From NCBI GenBank assembly GCA_030390025.1, contig CM059432.1, positions 117,802,001 through 117,866,000 of the forward strand: a stretch of DNA of 64,000 nt. The letters are read 5' to 3'. The notes under the pieces were generated by a model, which was not told where the DNA came from, made no database searches, and was given only the letters and a program-made list of their open reading frames with translations. Both the position numbers and the translations under genes were made by a program. Source of the stretch: Squalus acanthias (taxonomy: Eukaryota). This document shows positions 11,853 through 22,425 of this stretch, in pieces; the stretch's first letter is position 1, and the number at the start of each line of letters is the position of its first letter.

Positions 11853-13163
11853 TCAAGGACCCATCCAAAGACATTAATATGCAAAATCCCCACGGCTCTA
11901 CGATGAGAGAGCCGTTCGCGGGTACTCACAGCAAGCATTTGGAAGCCCCAAAACCCCTCCAGGGAGACTACTAGCCGGTTCCACAATGGGAGAAATATTA
12001 ACGGGTACTCGGACAGTTACAAGTGTCACCGAAACCCATTAAAGACTGAGATCACCCCATACAAGAAGTTTTGAGCGCCAAAACCTGACAAAAGATAGAC
12101 ATTAAGATTGGGCGGGAAAATAGGAATTACAGCACTATAACTGTAAAGTACAACCGTCCATCTTTCTCTTGCTGCTTTGACTCGCTGGAAGGCTGCTGAA
12201 CTCTTATTCTCTTGCCTGACGACTCTGGACTCTGATCCGCCAGGATCAACCTCGTGGCTTGCCGCGAAGATCTGTGGAGACCTGGGCTGTGAAGGCCTGG
12301 AAGCGGGCGCACCATCCCGAGGAGTCGGTAAACGGTGTTGGAACCGAAGGCCCGAGAGGAGATGAGATGAGATGAGATGAGAAGAGAAGAAGACTACACG
12401 TGTCGCCGTGGTCAGTAAGGCCCGACCGCGCCTAAAAATATAAGGACCATTTTCAAATTCTATCGGCTACTCCACAACTGGCCCGAGAAGACTATTCTTC
12501 GAGTTCTACCGACAACTGGTGTAGGACACAGGAAGACTCTTTTTTGAGTAGTATCAGAACTCCGAGGTCAACACAGATCTTCATGACAGCAGACGGTCCA
12601 GCCTGCTAGCCGGAGCAGAAGCGAGTAAACAAGTGGGGTACAGAGACCCCTGATCAACACGTGGATAGTCAGGTGCTGCGGTAAAAACATCCGAGCAGAG
12701 TTTCGGAATTCTCCGAGTTATCACGAGTGGTGAGCATGAGTCTCGATCCTACAAATCTAGATTAGGACAGGTATTGATAGGGGAGGGTTTATGTTTTAAG
12801 GATAATTATAATGTGTGTCCCCTTTTACGATGTGTCGTGCGCTCCTCGTTTCCCTAAACCTAGTTGCATAAATGTATGCAAGTTTGTACTGTCATTAATC
12901 TGTGCTTATGACATGTATCTCGTAATCTTGAATAATATGCAATAAAGATTTTCCATTTCGCACTATTCAACCGGGTCTACCTGAGTTTTCTCTGCATTAT
13001 TGCTCTCGCACCTAAGTCCAGTGTCAGAACCGTAAGGGCGAGTGGGTCGAACCACTCACAGGTGTTTAGTGTTACCAGGCTGGCTGGAGACCAGAACAGG
13101 CAACAAGGCCTAACCCCGCACTAGCACCCAGGCTAAGCACAGAGCCACACGTCACCCCTTACA
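11853..13163 (+). repeat. 5' LTR, missing its first ~320 bp
   Basis: Colinear with 22745-24052 (about 14 substitutions and one 3-bp indel by eye); ends CCCTTACA; TATA-like box near 12437 and AATAAA at 12941. Confidence 0.95.
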
Positions 13164-13167
13164 GATA

Positions 13168-14950
13168 ATGGCGACCACGAAGGGACACTGGCAGCGAGAA
13201 AATAATGTGTTAGACCCTGGTATGATTGTGCGAAATGTTATGGAAGAGAGAATAGCCGATTATGTTTTTGGAAAAGTGAATTTGACTAAGAGATGGATAA
13301 GTGACCTGCTGGTGGATAAGCGTCCACTAGAGGCAGCCGTGAGGTGGACAGGTAGCAAGGAACATAAAAAATCTGTAGAGAAAGCGGTCTGGCTGATGTG
13401 CTATAAAAGACAAGTCCAGCTTTCGGACCAGGTCATCGTAGCGCAGGCAGCTCAGATCAAGGGTTTAGAGGTGGAAATGGACGAGAAGGTCGCGGGGGGG
13501 GCAGCAGCTCATCGCGACTTTAAATGCGTTGCATCAAGAACGCCAGTTAGTCGCCAACCACCATGAGGCGAAAATAGATTACCTCGAGTGCCAGGTCACT
13601 GAGGCAAAATTAAATGAGGGCAGAATAAGGGAATGATGTGCCCGCCTAGCTGCTCAAATAAAAGCCCAGGAAGAGAGCTTAAAGGGGGTTAGGGCAGCAT
13701 ATAAGATGGCCCTCGAGGATAAACATGAGGGGGCCGATCACAGCATCTGCCAAAGAGAGATAGGGAACCTTAAAGAGGCCCTGAATAAAGCGCACGGCAT
13801 GGTGTGCCTTATCAGCCCGTCAGCACACCAGCCGCCGGTGGGTGGGGAATTTCAAAAATCCCTACCTAACAAAGCAGAGGAGGTATTTGCCACTGTGCCC
13901 TCCGCGCCACCCAGCTATTCGGCAACCTGGGTAAGGGAGGAAGTGGTCGAAGTAGAGGAAGAGGTCCCCGAGGTAGTACAGCCCCCTGAAGTAGTAGTGA
14001 AGCCGGGACCATTGTGCCCGCTTACGGGTATTAAGAGGGGCCCGAACGGAGACGGTGGGGAAGAGGGGAATCTCCTCAACCAGCTTGTGTTGCCTCACAG
14101 TGCACACCAGCTGAGGGCTATGATCAGCCACGTACGGAAGCTGTCCGAGTCAGACGACCCTTCCGTACATTTCAGGGAGGTAGAGCAGACTGCAGCCATT
14201 AACGGCTGCGACGATGGGGAAAGGGCAAAAATGCTGCTGTTCTCTTTAGACAGCTCGATCCTCCAGTGTCTCTCAGACGCGAGCAAAAGGGGTAATAGGA
14301 CCTATGAGGAGTTAAGAGATGAGGTCCTGGAAGTGTTGGGGGCGGACGACGAAGGTCCGTTTGTGAGATTGGGACAGACTATGTGGCCTGTCTATCAGCG
14401 TAGTTGCCCAGGTGCGCCAGTGCGCGACGATCTGGACGGTGTCGGTTTAGCTCATTGGCTCAGATGTATAGTAGCCAACAGCTTGCCAGCCGTGAGGGAG
14501 CAGGCCAAAGCGTGGTTTGATCCCACTAACCCCGCCACAACAGAGGAGTCGGTCCTAAATCGACTCACGGTAGGGTACCGTAATACCAGGAGTACGGGAG
14601 CACGTCCCCTTAAGGGAAAGGTGCATGAGGCGCGGCCCACAGCCCCGGCTCAAAAGGAGTGGCATCAGGAGGGAAATCGTGTCCCACAGGCCAGTAATGC
14701 TTGTTTCGGATGCGGAAAGACAGGGCACTGGCGCAAGAACTGCAGGAACCCTTGGAAGGAGTCCAGGGATAAAAATCCCGCAGTCTGAGCCCAGGCGCCT
14801 GTCTCTGATAGGGGAGCTGGTGTGCCTATCCATCCCGATGCGATCGAATCAATGTTGGGAGCCATGCGCACCCTCATGATTTCGCAAGGAAGGGTGGCAG
14901 TCGCTACCGGCCCCGCAGATGCCGCAGCCCCGTCCAACAGTACCCAATGA
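13168..14950 (+). pseudogene. gag: gag: coiled-coil N-terminus, PSAPPSY late domain, capsid-like region, CCHC knuckle; one frameshift and two premature stops
   Basis: ORF 13168-13566 joins 13706-14788 through a +1 in the G-run near 13494-13501 and a TGA at 13634. CFGCGKTGHWRKNC knuckle. After the TGA at 14786 the frame stays open to the TGA at 14948. Confidence 0.88.
13169..13186 (+). promoter_or_regulatory. Primer-binding site complementary to the tRNA-Arg(TCG) 3' end
   Basis: TGGCGACCACGAAGGGAC lies 5 nt after the LTR end. It is the reverse complement of ...GTCCCTTCGTGGTCG-CCA, the vertebrate tRNA-Arg(TCG) 3' end as I recall it. Confidence 0.85.
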
Positions 14951-17900
14951 CTAGAGCCCGCACAGCCCGTCTACTTGTGTCCGCTCAGCTATGATGCGTG
15001 GAAGCGACCCCTGGTGGAGATGGAGGTAGAGAAGCAGAAGGGTAGTTATTTGTTGGACACGGGAGCTTCATGCACCGTGATTCATACGGATAGCCCCTTT
15101 GACTCACCACTGTCTACCAAGGTCCCATACACATTAGCGGGGTTCACGGGAAAAGAGCAGGCTGGCGCGTTCTCCATTCTGCTCTCCATTCATTTAGGAG
15201 CACTCCACACCACGTGGAAGTGCATACTGATGAAATGGCAAGACGGGGGTGGGAGAGGCATCCTCGGATCAGATCTCCTATCGGAGCACGGGATCCTCGT
15301 GGACCTTAGGAATCACTGTCTCTGGGGAGCTAAGGGTGGAAAAGGCAAGGTAGTGGTAATCCCGGGGAAGGAAGGTAAAGGGGCCCTGTGTACCATGAAG
15401 CCATCCGGAGGCTACGACCTCGGGCTTATGGTCGCGGATGTCCCAACGGACATGCAGACGTACGTGTCAGATAACATGCACGCGTTTGCAACCCACAAGC
15501 ACGATTGTGGGAGGGTTACCGGGTTTGAGGTCAGCGTAGATGGGGACCCCATGACCCGGCCCCAAAAGCAGTATAACTTCCCCAAAGAAGCAGAACCCGA
15601 TATGGAGACAGCAATGTCCTCCTTGGTGCAGCAGGGCGTGTTGAGGCCGATAGCCACACACGTGAACTCCCCATTATGGCCGGTTAGGAAGCCGGATAAT
15701 TCGTGGAGGGCCCTGGTGGACTACAGAGTCCTCAATAGTAACATTCCCGCCTGCGCACCCACGGTAGCAGCAGTTGCCTACCTAATAGGGAGTATCCCAG
15801 CATCCGCGACCATGTTCACGGTGCTGGATATCTTGAACGGTTTTTGGTCCATCCCGCTGCGGCGAAAGGACCAGTACAAGTTTGCTTTTACTTTCAAAGG
15901 ACAACAGTACACATGGAACTGTTTGCCACAGGGTTTCCACAACAGCCCCAGTATTTTCCATCAGTGTATGGCAGGAAGTTTAAAGGAGTTTAGTCAGCCC
16001 AATCAGATAGTGCAGTACGTGGATGATTTGCTCCTATTTACGGACTCAAGGGAGGAGCATGGACCACTGCTGGCCGAGTTATTGGAGCTGCTAGCGAGAA
16101 AGGGTTTTAAAGTGAACCCTAAGAAAGCACGGATCGGTCAGCAGGAAGTAAAATTCCTGGGGCTGACCATTCGCGCTGGGAAAAGAGCCATAGATAAGGC
16201 TAGGAGGGAGTCGGTGCAAGAGTTACCGATTCCCAACACCATAAGGGGTGTGAGGTCCTTTTTGGGACTGACCGGTTACTGCAGAGATTTTATCGAAGAC
16301 TATGCGGCCACAGCAGCGCCGCTGCTCTGACTCCTCCATAAGGGAGTGGAGTGGTCTTGGGACGAGGGCTGCCAAGCAGCCTTCGAGAAGTTAAAGAGGG
16401 ACCTGCAGACCGCGCCAGCTTTAGGGGCCATAGATGGGGGGAAGGAATTTTTCCTGGAGGTAGCTGCCAGCGGAGACAGCTTGAGCGCTGTGCTGCTCCA
16501 AGAGCGCCACGGCAAGCTGAGGCCGGTTGTCTATTCGTCCAGGGTGTTAACGGATGTAGAGAGGAGTTTCTCCAATTGCGAAAGGCATCTTTTAGCCACG
16601 CATTGGGCTGTGAAAAGATCAGCGATCTTCACAGGGCTCTCTCCCATCACTCTCCTCACCCATCACACACCAACTAAGATGCTTCTAGATGGGAGGATTA
16701 AGGATGGGACCGTAAGCAGCGCTCGAATTGCACGCTGGACCCTTCTCCTTTCCCAGATGGATCTTAGAATTAAAGATCTTTGCGAGCCCAGGCTTGCGGC
16801 CAATTTGGTATACCCCGGTACAGCCCACCAGTGTTCGGTGGAAGGGGTGTGGGAAGTCAACATAGGTTTGCGGGCCGGGATACATCCCACAGGGCGCGAA
16901 ATTTATGTTGATGGTTCCAGCACAGTGTCCGCTGGCGAACGACTCACAGGGTGTGGAGTTTATGACCCTGCGGCAAACCTTGCCCTGGCGATTAAGCTCC
17001 CTAGCACCATGAGCGCGCAGCAGGCTGAGCTGTCTGCGGTGGCGTACATCGTTACCCACCCAGAAACTTTCCCAACCCCATACAGGATTTGCTCGGACAG
17101 TATGTTCACATGCAATTCGTGTATGGAATACCTGGCCATTTGGTCCCGCCGTGGATACACCTCCGCGGACGGGCGACCTTTAACGGTGAAGCCCTTGCTG
17201 GAAAAGATCCTAGCAGCAGTAGGGGAGGAAGGGGAGATTTTCATCCATAAGGTGAAGGCTCACTCCTCCACAGAGCCCCGTGAGGAGGGCAACCAGCAGG
17301 CGGATGCGCTAGCCAGGGAGGGTGCTTGTAACGGCATTTTCTGGGACCCCTATGGGCCCAGACCCATGGCAGCGATCCAAGGCAGGGACGGGAATCCCGG
17401 GAACACCAGGGTGGCATTGCCCCTAGACCTTAAGACCGTCCAGAAGCAGGATCCCGCCCTCAAAGCAGTTCTCAGAACCATTGCTGAGGGCAAGCAGGTA
17501 GAGGGTCCGTACAGTACGGCAACCCTCTCCGTTAAGGAAGGCATGCTGTTCCGCGAGGAGCAGTGGGTTGTGCCGCAGCAGCACAGGAGGGAATTCCTCC
17601 AGTTGGCTCATGAAGGGCCGGGGGCAAGGCACCCCGGGTCCGAGGTTACCTGGCAACGGGTAGAGCAGGCGGGATGGTGGCCGGGACTCAGGGAGCAGGT
17701 CCGCGAGTTCTGTGCAAGCTGTCTCGTGTGCGCTGCAAACAACCCAGACCCCCAGAAAAGGAAAGTGCCCATGGGGCACATCGGGAGGGTGGAGGGACCA
17801 TGGCAGTTGATACAGATCGACTATATAGGGCCCCTGCCCACCACCCAGGGAGGCTACAAATACTGCCTCGTCTTGGTGGATGTGTTTTCCAAATGGGTAG

Positions 17901-19441
17901 AAGCCTTCCCCTGTAGAACAGCTGCGGCACTGGGTACTGCAAAAATCTTGGTCCGGGAAGTGTTCTCGCGGTGGGGACTCCCCCGTTTTGTGGAGTCAGA
18001 CCAAGGGAGTCATTTCACTGGCCAGGTGATGCAGAACACCCTCATGCTTTTGGGCATTGAAGGGAAATGGCACGTAGCGCACAATCCCCAGTCATCCGGG
18101 ATTGTTGAACGCATGAACCGGACCCTGAAGGAGAAATTGAGGAAAGAGACTATGAACTCGCCCCAAAAATGGGCGCAGGTTCTGCCTTTAGTCCTCATGG
18201 GGGTCCGGGCCAGTCAGTCAAAAAGTACGGGGTATTCCCCGCACGAGATGATGACTGGGAGGATCATGCGAACCCCCACCCATGTGCTAGCGCCGGTGCT
18301 CACTGAGGGTCAGCTCCAAGAGGTAAGCAGGGACAAGTTCGTCCAGACCCTCTTGGAGCGCCTGAAGCAGGTTTATGAGCAGGCGGCTGGGAACATGGGA
18401 AGGCAGCATCAGGGCAATCGCCTGTTGCTGGAACCCCGCAAGAAGTGGGAGTGGGAAGTAGGAGACCAGGTCATGGTCAGAAACTATGCCAGAGTAGGGA
18501 GTCTGGAACAACTGTATATGGGACCCTACAGCATTGTAGATAAGGCGAGTCCCATGGTATACGCCGTAAAGGTACCTCGGCGCACTAAGTGGTTTCACGT
18601 AAATCAGTGCAAACTGTATAAGCCGGGTGCACAAGGGCCAACCACAGGGGCCAAACCTGCGAGTGGGGACTCACAGCCCCGGGTAGGGCCACAGGGCACA
18701 CAGGCAGGCAAAGCAGCCTGCATCAGGGGAGAGGACATCCTAGCAAAATGTAGGATCCTTTATTGGGGTTCGGAGTCAGATGAGGAAGAGTTCGAGGAGC
18801 TCGACCAAGATAGTGACACAAGCGAAGAGGAGCTGGAATCGGAGGACGAAAGGGTCGCCCCCGATTCAGGTATAGGGAAGATAGGGACTGCAGATGGAGA
18901 TCCACACAGGGTGGAGACAGAAGCTGCAGGTCCCGAACGCAGGGGGGCGGAGCTAGGGGAGGCAGAGCCAGCCGCTGTGGTGGGACCACAGGGCGTGGCG
19001 ATGGAAGCCTCAGAGCCCGAGCCGCACGCCTTGAACGTCTTGCCCTCGAGGGAGGTAGGGACTGCGAGTGAAGGGCCGCCTACTGGGCCAAGTAGGGCGG
19101 TGCCACAAGCTGCAGATCCCGAGTTCAGGGAGGCGGAGTCAGGGGAGGCGGAGCCAGCGACTGTGGTGGGACAACAGGTCGCCACGGTGGAAGTCTCGAA
19201 ACCCGGTCCGTCAGTCCTGGAGTTCCTGCCCCCGGTAGTTCCCAGTAGGTCAAGTCGGAAACCCCAGCCCAGAAAGATGTGGGTAAGTCCCCAGAGTGTC
19301 CCAAGGCATAGGGTCAAGGCTAAGGCAGCCCAGGGAGAGCCCAGTCACAGCGCAGCAGCGACAGGCTGCGGCAGATCAAAGGGAGGGGTCAATGCCCTCC
19401 CACCGTTGGGAGAAGCCTGCGGCAGCAACCGCAGAATTTGA
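14951..19441 (+). pseudogene. pol: pol: protease, RT, degenerate RNase H/tether, RNase H, integrase and C-terminal extension; one premature stop at 16328
   Basis: LLDTGA; LDILNGFW, LPQGFHNSP, YVDD; IYVDGSS...SAQQAEL...SDS...KVKAH...GNQQADALA; H-H-C-C; QIDYIG, SDQGSHF, GIVERMN; GPY. ORFs 14975 and 16346 share one frame. Confidence 0.95.
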
Positions 19442-19729
19442 GTAGGCCGCCCTGGGAACGGGCGGCACTGTACAGTTATAAGATAAGTGATAAGTTTATA
19501 AGTTTTATAAGTTCAAGTTTATAGTTTTAAATCAGGTTAAGTTTGTAGTTTAATTTTAACAGAAAATGGTAAAATGATGGGAGTTAGAGATAGGAATAGT
19601 TAAAGTCTATCCAGCATACATGTCTTTTTACGTGAGACGAGGTCAAGGGACCCGCTCACCCTTCACAAAAGCCAGAGACTCTTCGGAGGCTGGCTACAGC
19701 ATTTTATCTGATCACAGGAACCAGGAAAG

Positions 19730-22080
19730 ATGGAACGGATTCTGATAGTGCTCGCAGCGATCGGATATGGATTGGCCTATCGGGGCCTCACCAAGGATGT
19801 CGTTGTGTTTGGTTGCTCCGGGGACACGGCCCCCATCACGACGGATGGGACCGGGAAGCGAAAGGCTGAGGAGACCGCCACCTACTTCCACAAGGGAAGG
19901 TGGCCAGGATGGCTGGGAACGAATTCCACTGAGTATTCCAGTACATCGGGGTTTGCCTACAAAGAGACTTCTTTAATGTGCCCCAAAGTGAGGATCATCG
20001 CACCCAGAGTCAGCGTCACCGTCGGCAAACGGATTTGTTTGACTTGTAATGGGAATGTCCCATTGAGCCGATGGTGGTGGCTACGAAAGCTGAGCAAAAA
20101 CATGAGGAACTCTTCGGTCGAGTGGGAGCGACTGGGGAATAATACCCATCGGACAATTACGGGGACTAACGGACGATTGAAAGTCTGTTGGGACAAATGG
20201 TGGGAACCGGATGAGGGAATTTATGTATGTATGTGGGGGTCAAAGCACGTTTGCCCCAAAGGCATCTCCATATTTTTCATCAATCAGTGGCAGGATAATG
20301 GGAAAGGGATGAGGTGGGATGCAAGCACCAGGGGGTGCGGGGCTCCATACTCTCCGATCCCGGTAAATGCCACTGAACTCATTACGTGCCCACGCAAGGC
20401 CCCGCCCACAATTCCGGTGGTTCTAGCTGAGGAAGAAGGGTGCCCAAAAACCAGTAAGGGACCCGGGAATGGTTTGGTACTGGTCCCTACAGACCAGCTA
20501 TTATTTCAGGGGGTACATTATGCGGTGGCCTCAGTGATTTTAAACCTCACCGAGGTACGGTTGCCGGAGTGGTGCCCCAAAGAGACGGAACAGTTATATC
20601 AGGTCCTGTTGACGAAGATGTTTAGGCAATTTTATGAGTTCGATTTCGCGGAAATTGATAAAACAAGTTTGTACACCGCACCACATGAAGTTTTGGGTCA
20701 GGTGGGGAGACAAAGAAGGGGTGTTGTGAACGACATGTTCACTGCGTTTAATACAGGTACATCTGTGGTCAACGCTCTAGACAGCGTGGAGCTGCTGACC
20801 CAGATTAATGGCTTAAAAACACAATTGAAGAACATCCTCACAGATGAAAATAAGGTGGTTGGGTCTGGGTTACATGAGGACCAGGCCATGACTCTCCATT
20901 TAAAAGAAATCATAGCTGAACTGGAGAAACATGCGCGTACGGTAAATGCCCTGATCAGGGAAGATTGGAATGCGTCCGATCAGGCTGCGCAGAATGAGGT
21001 GTGCGTGCTTTATGGGGCGTGGTTACTGGGCGAGGGCCGCAGTAATTTGGAGGATTTAAAACAAGGTTTGGTCCCGTCTGGATAAGTAACAAACACCTGC
21101 AGGCGCTCCACCCTTTTCAGAATGCATTAAGTCCATGCCAGCTCAGGCTAGCTTCAGGAGCATACCCAGTCCCCGTGGACTGCGGACGATCGAACCATAC
21201 CATTATGGGTGTAGTTTTACGTATGCCGGTTTTGGGCGACACAGCAAAGCCCGCCCCGGTATATCGGGTAGAGAACATTGGTGTCATTCAGGGGGGAGCC
21301 CACATTCGCTATGCAGTGGTTCCACCTTACGTCATCCACTGGGAGCAAACGATGACAGGTACGGATCTCTCTGGTTGTCGTAGCCGGGGAGCACACATAA
21401 TCCTGTGTCCCCAGCACTTGAATGCCTTTTTATTACCACAGTGCGGGTTCAGAACGGCTGGCGCCAAGCCCATGAATTGCACCATGGAGGCAATGGCACA
21501 AGATCATGTGCCTCCGCAGGTAGCATACATCGGGGGTGGAACATATTGTGTTACCACTGCAGCGCAACACTACCAGCATGGAAACCGTAGCTGGTGTCCG
21601 GTGAGTGACAGCAGTTTCTATTTTAAACCCGGGTCTGAAGTTCAAGTGGCACAGCAGCGAATTGTCCCGATCCCTGAACCATCCACTGTTCATCTAACAG
21701 TAAAGGAGAACTTTACCGACTTGCAGCAATTCGTCGCGCATTTCGGATACCTCATTCCCCCTCTCCCTGAATACCTCGCCAAGCTTTTGAAAGCCGTTGC
21801 GGTTTCGCAAAAACATTTTTATACCCTAGAACAGAAAACTGTTGAGATAGGGTCAGAGATTTTAGACATAGTAATCCCACCATGGTGGGATCTGTTCACA
21901 AACATTCAAGTGCCGTCCTGGTTTAGAATAGCCTCCCACATTTTAGTTGTATGCCAAGTGTTTATTGTGATATACTTATTGGTCGTGCATTGTAAGAGAG
22001 GCAAACGCCTCACCAAGAATGAAAACACGGGAGAGTGGCGAGAGCGTTACGTGCGCGTGCACGAAGAAAGCACCGCGTAA
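19730..22080 (+). pseudogene. env: env-like class I fusion glycoprotein of about 783 aa with a single 1-bp frameshift near 21078
   Basis: Signal peptide MERILIVLAAIGYGLA, RQRR|G furin site ending at 20719, heptad repeat, Cys-rich ectodomain, TM helix IASHILVVCQVFIVIYLLVV and a short basic tail. The second frame is open from 21079 (WISNKHL...). Confidence 0.9.
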
Positions 22081-22413
22081 ACAGCCAAAATGGTGTCACT
22101 CCAATTTTTCCACGTGCGCCGCGGAATTGTTGTAATTGATTGTGATTTTTTTTCTCAGAAACTGTAATTAAGTTTTGAACTCTACAGGTGGTGCGAGAGG
22201 CATCGGCCTGGTTACACCTGGAAGGAAATACACGCGGTGTAAGTTGAAGGCAGATGCTGCCTACGGTGTTATAAGAATGTAATTTTCCTGGGAAATAAGG
22301 ACGACACGGAGACCCTAGATAGTTTTAAGTCATGGGAATATTTAGATATGGAGAATCGAGATAATATTGCTCACCACAATGTTTTTGATACGATAAGCGG
22401 AGTTATTCGCATC

Positions 22414-22425
22414 AACAGGAGGGAC
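22414..22425 (+). promoter_or_regulatory. Polypurine tract
   Basis: AACAGGAGGGAC immediately before the TGTAG start of the 3' LTR. Confidence 0.75.

Noticed and set aside
12127..12365. Short ORFs within the LTR, repeated at 23019-23257
   Set aside because: They recur only because the LTR is duplicated and are not kept in the diverged solo LTRs.
18760..19317. 185-aa Ser-rich antisense ORF as an accessory gene
   Set aside because: Best explained as a shadow frame of the GC-rich, Glu-rich integrase tail; no independent signals.
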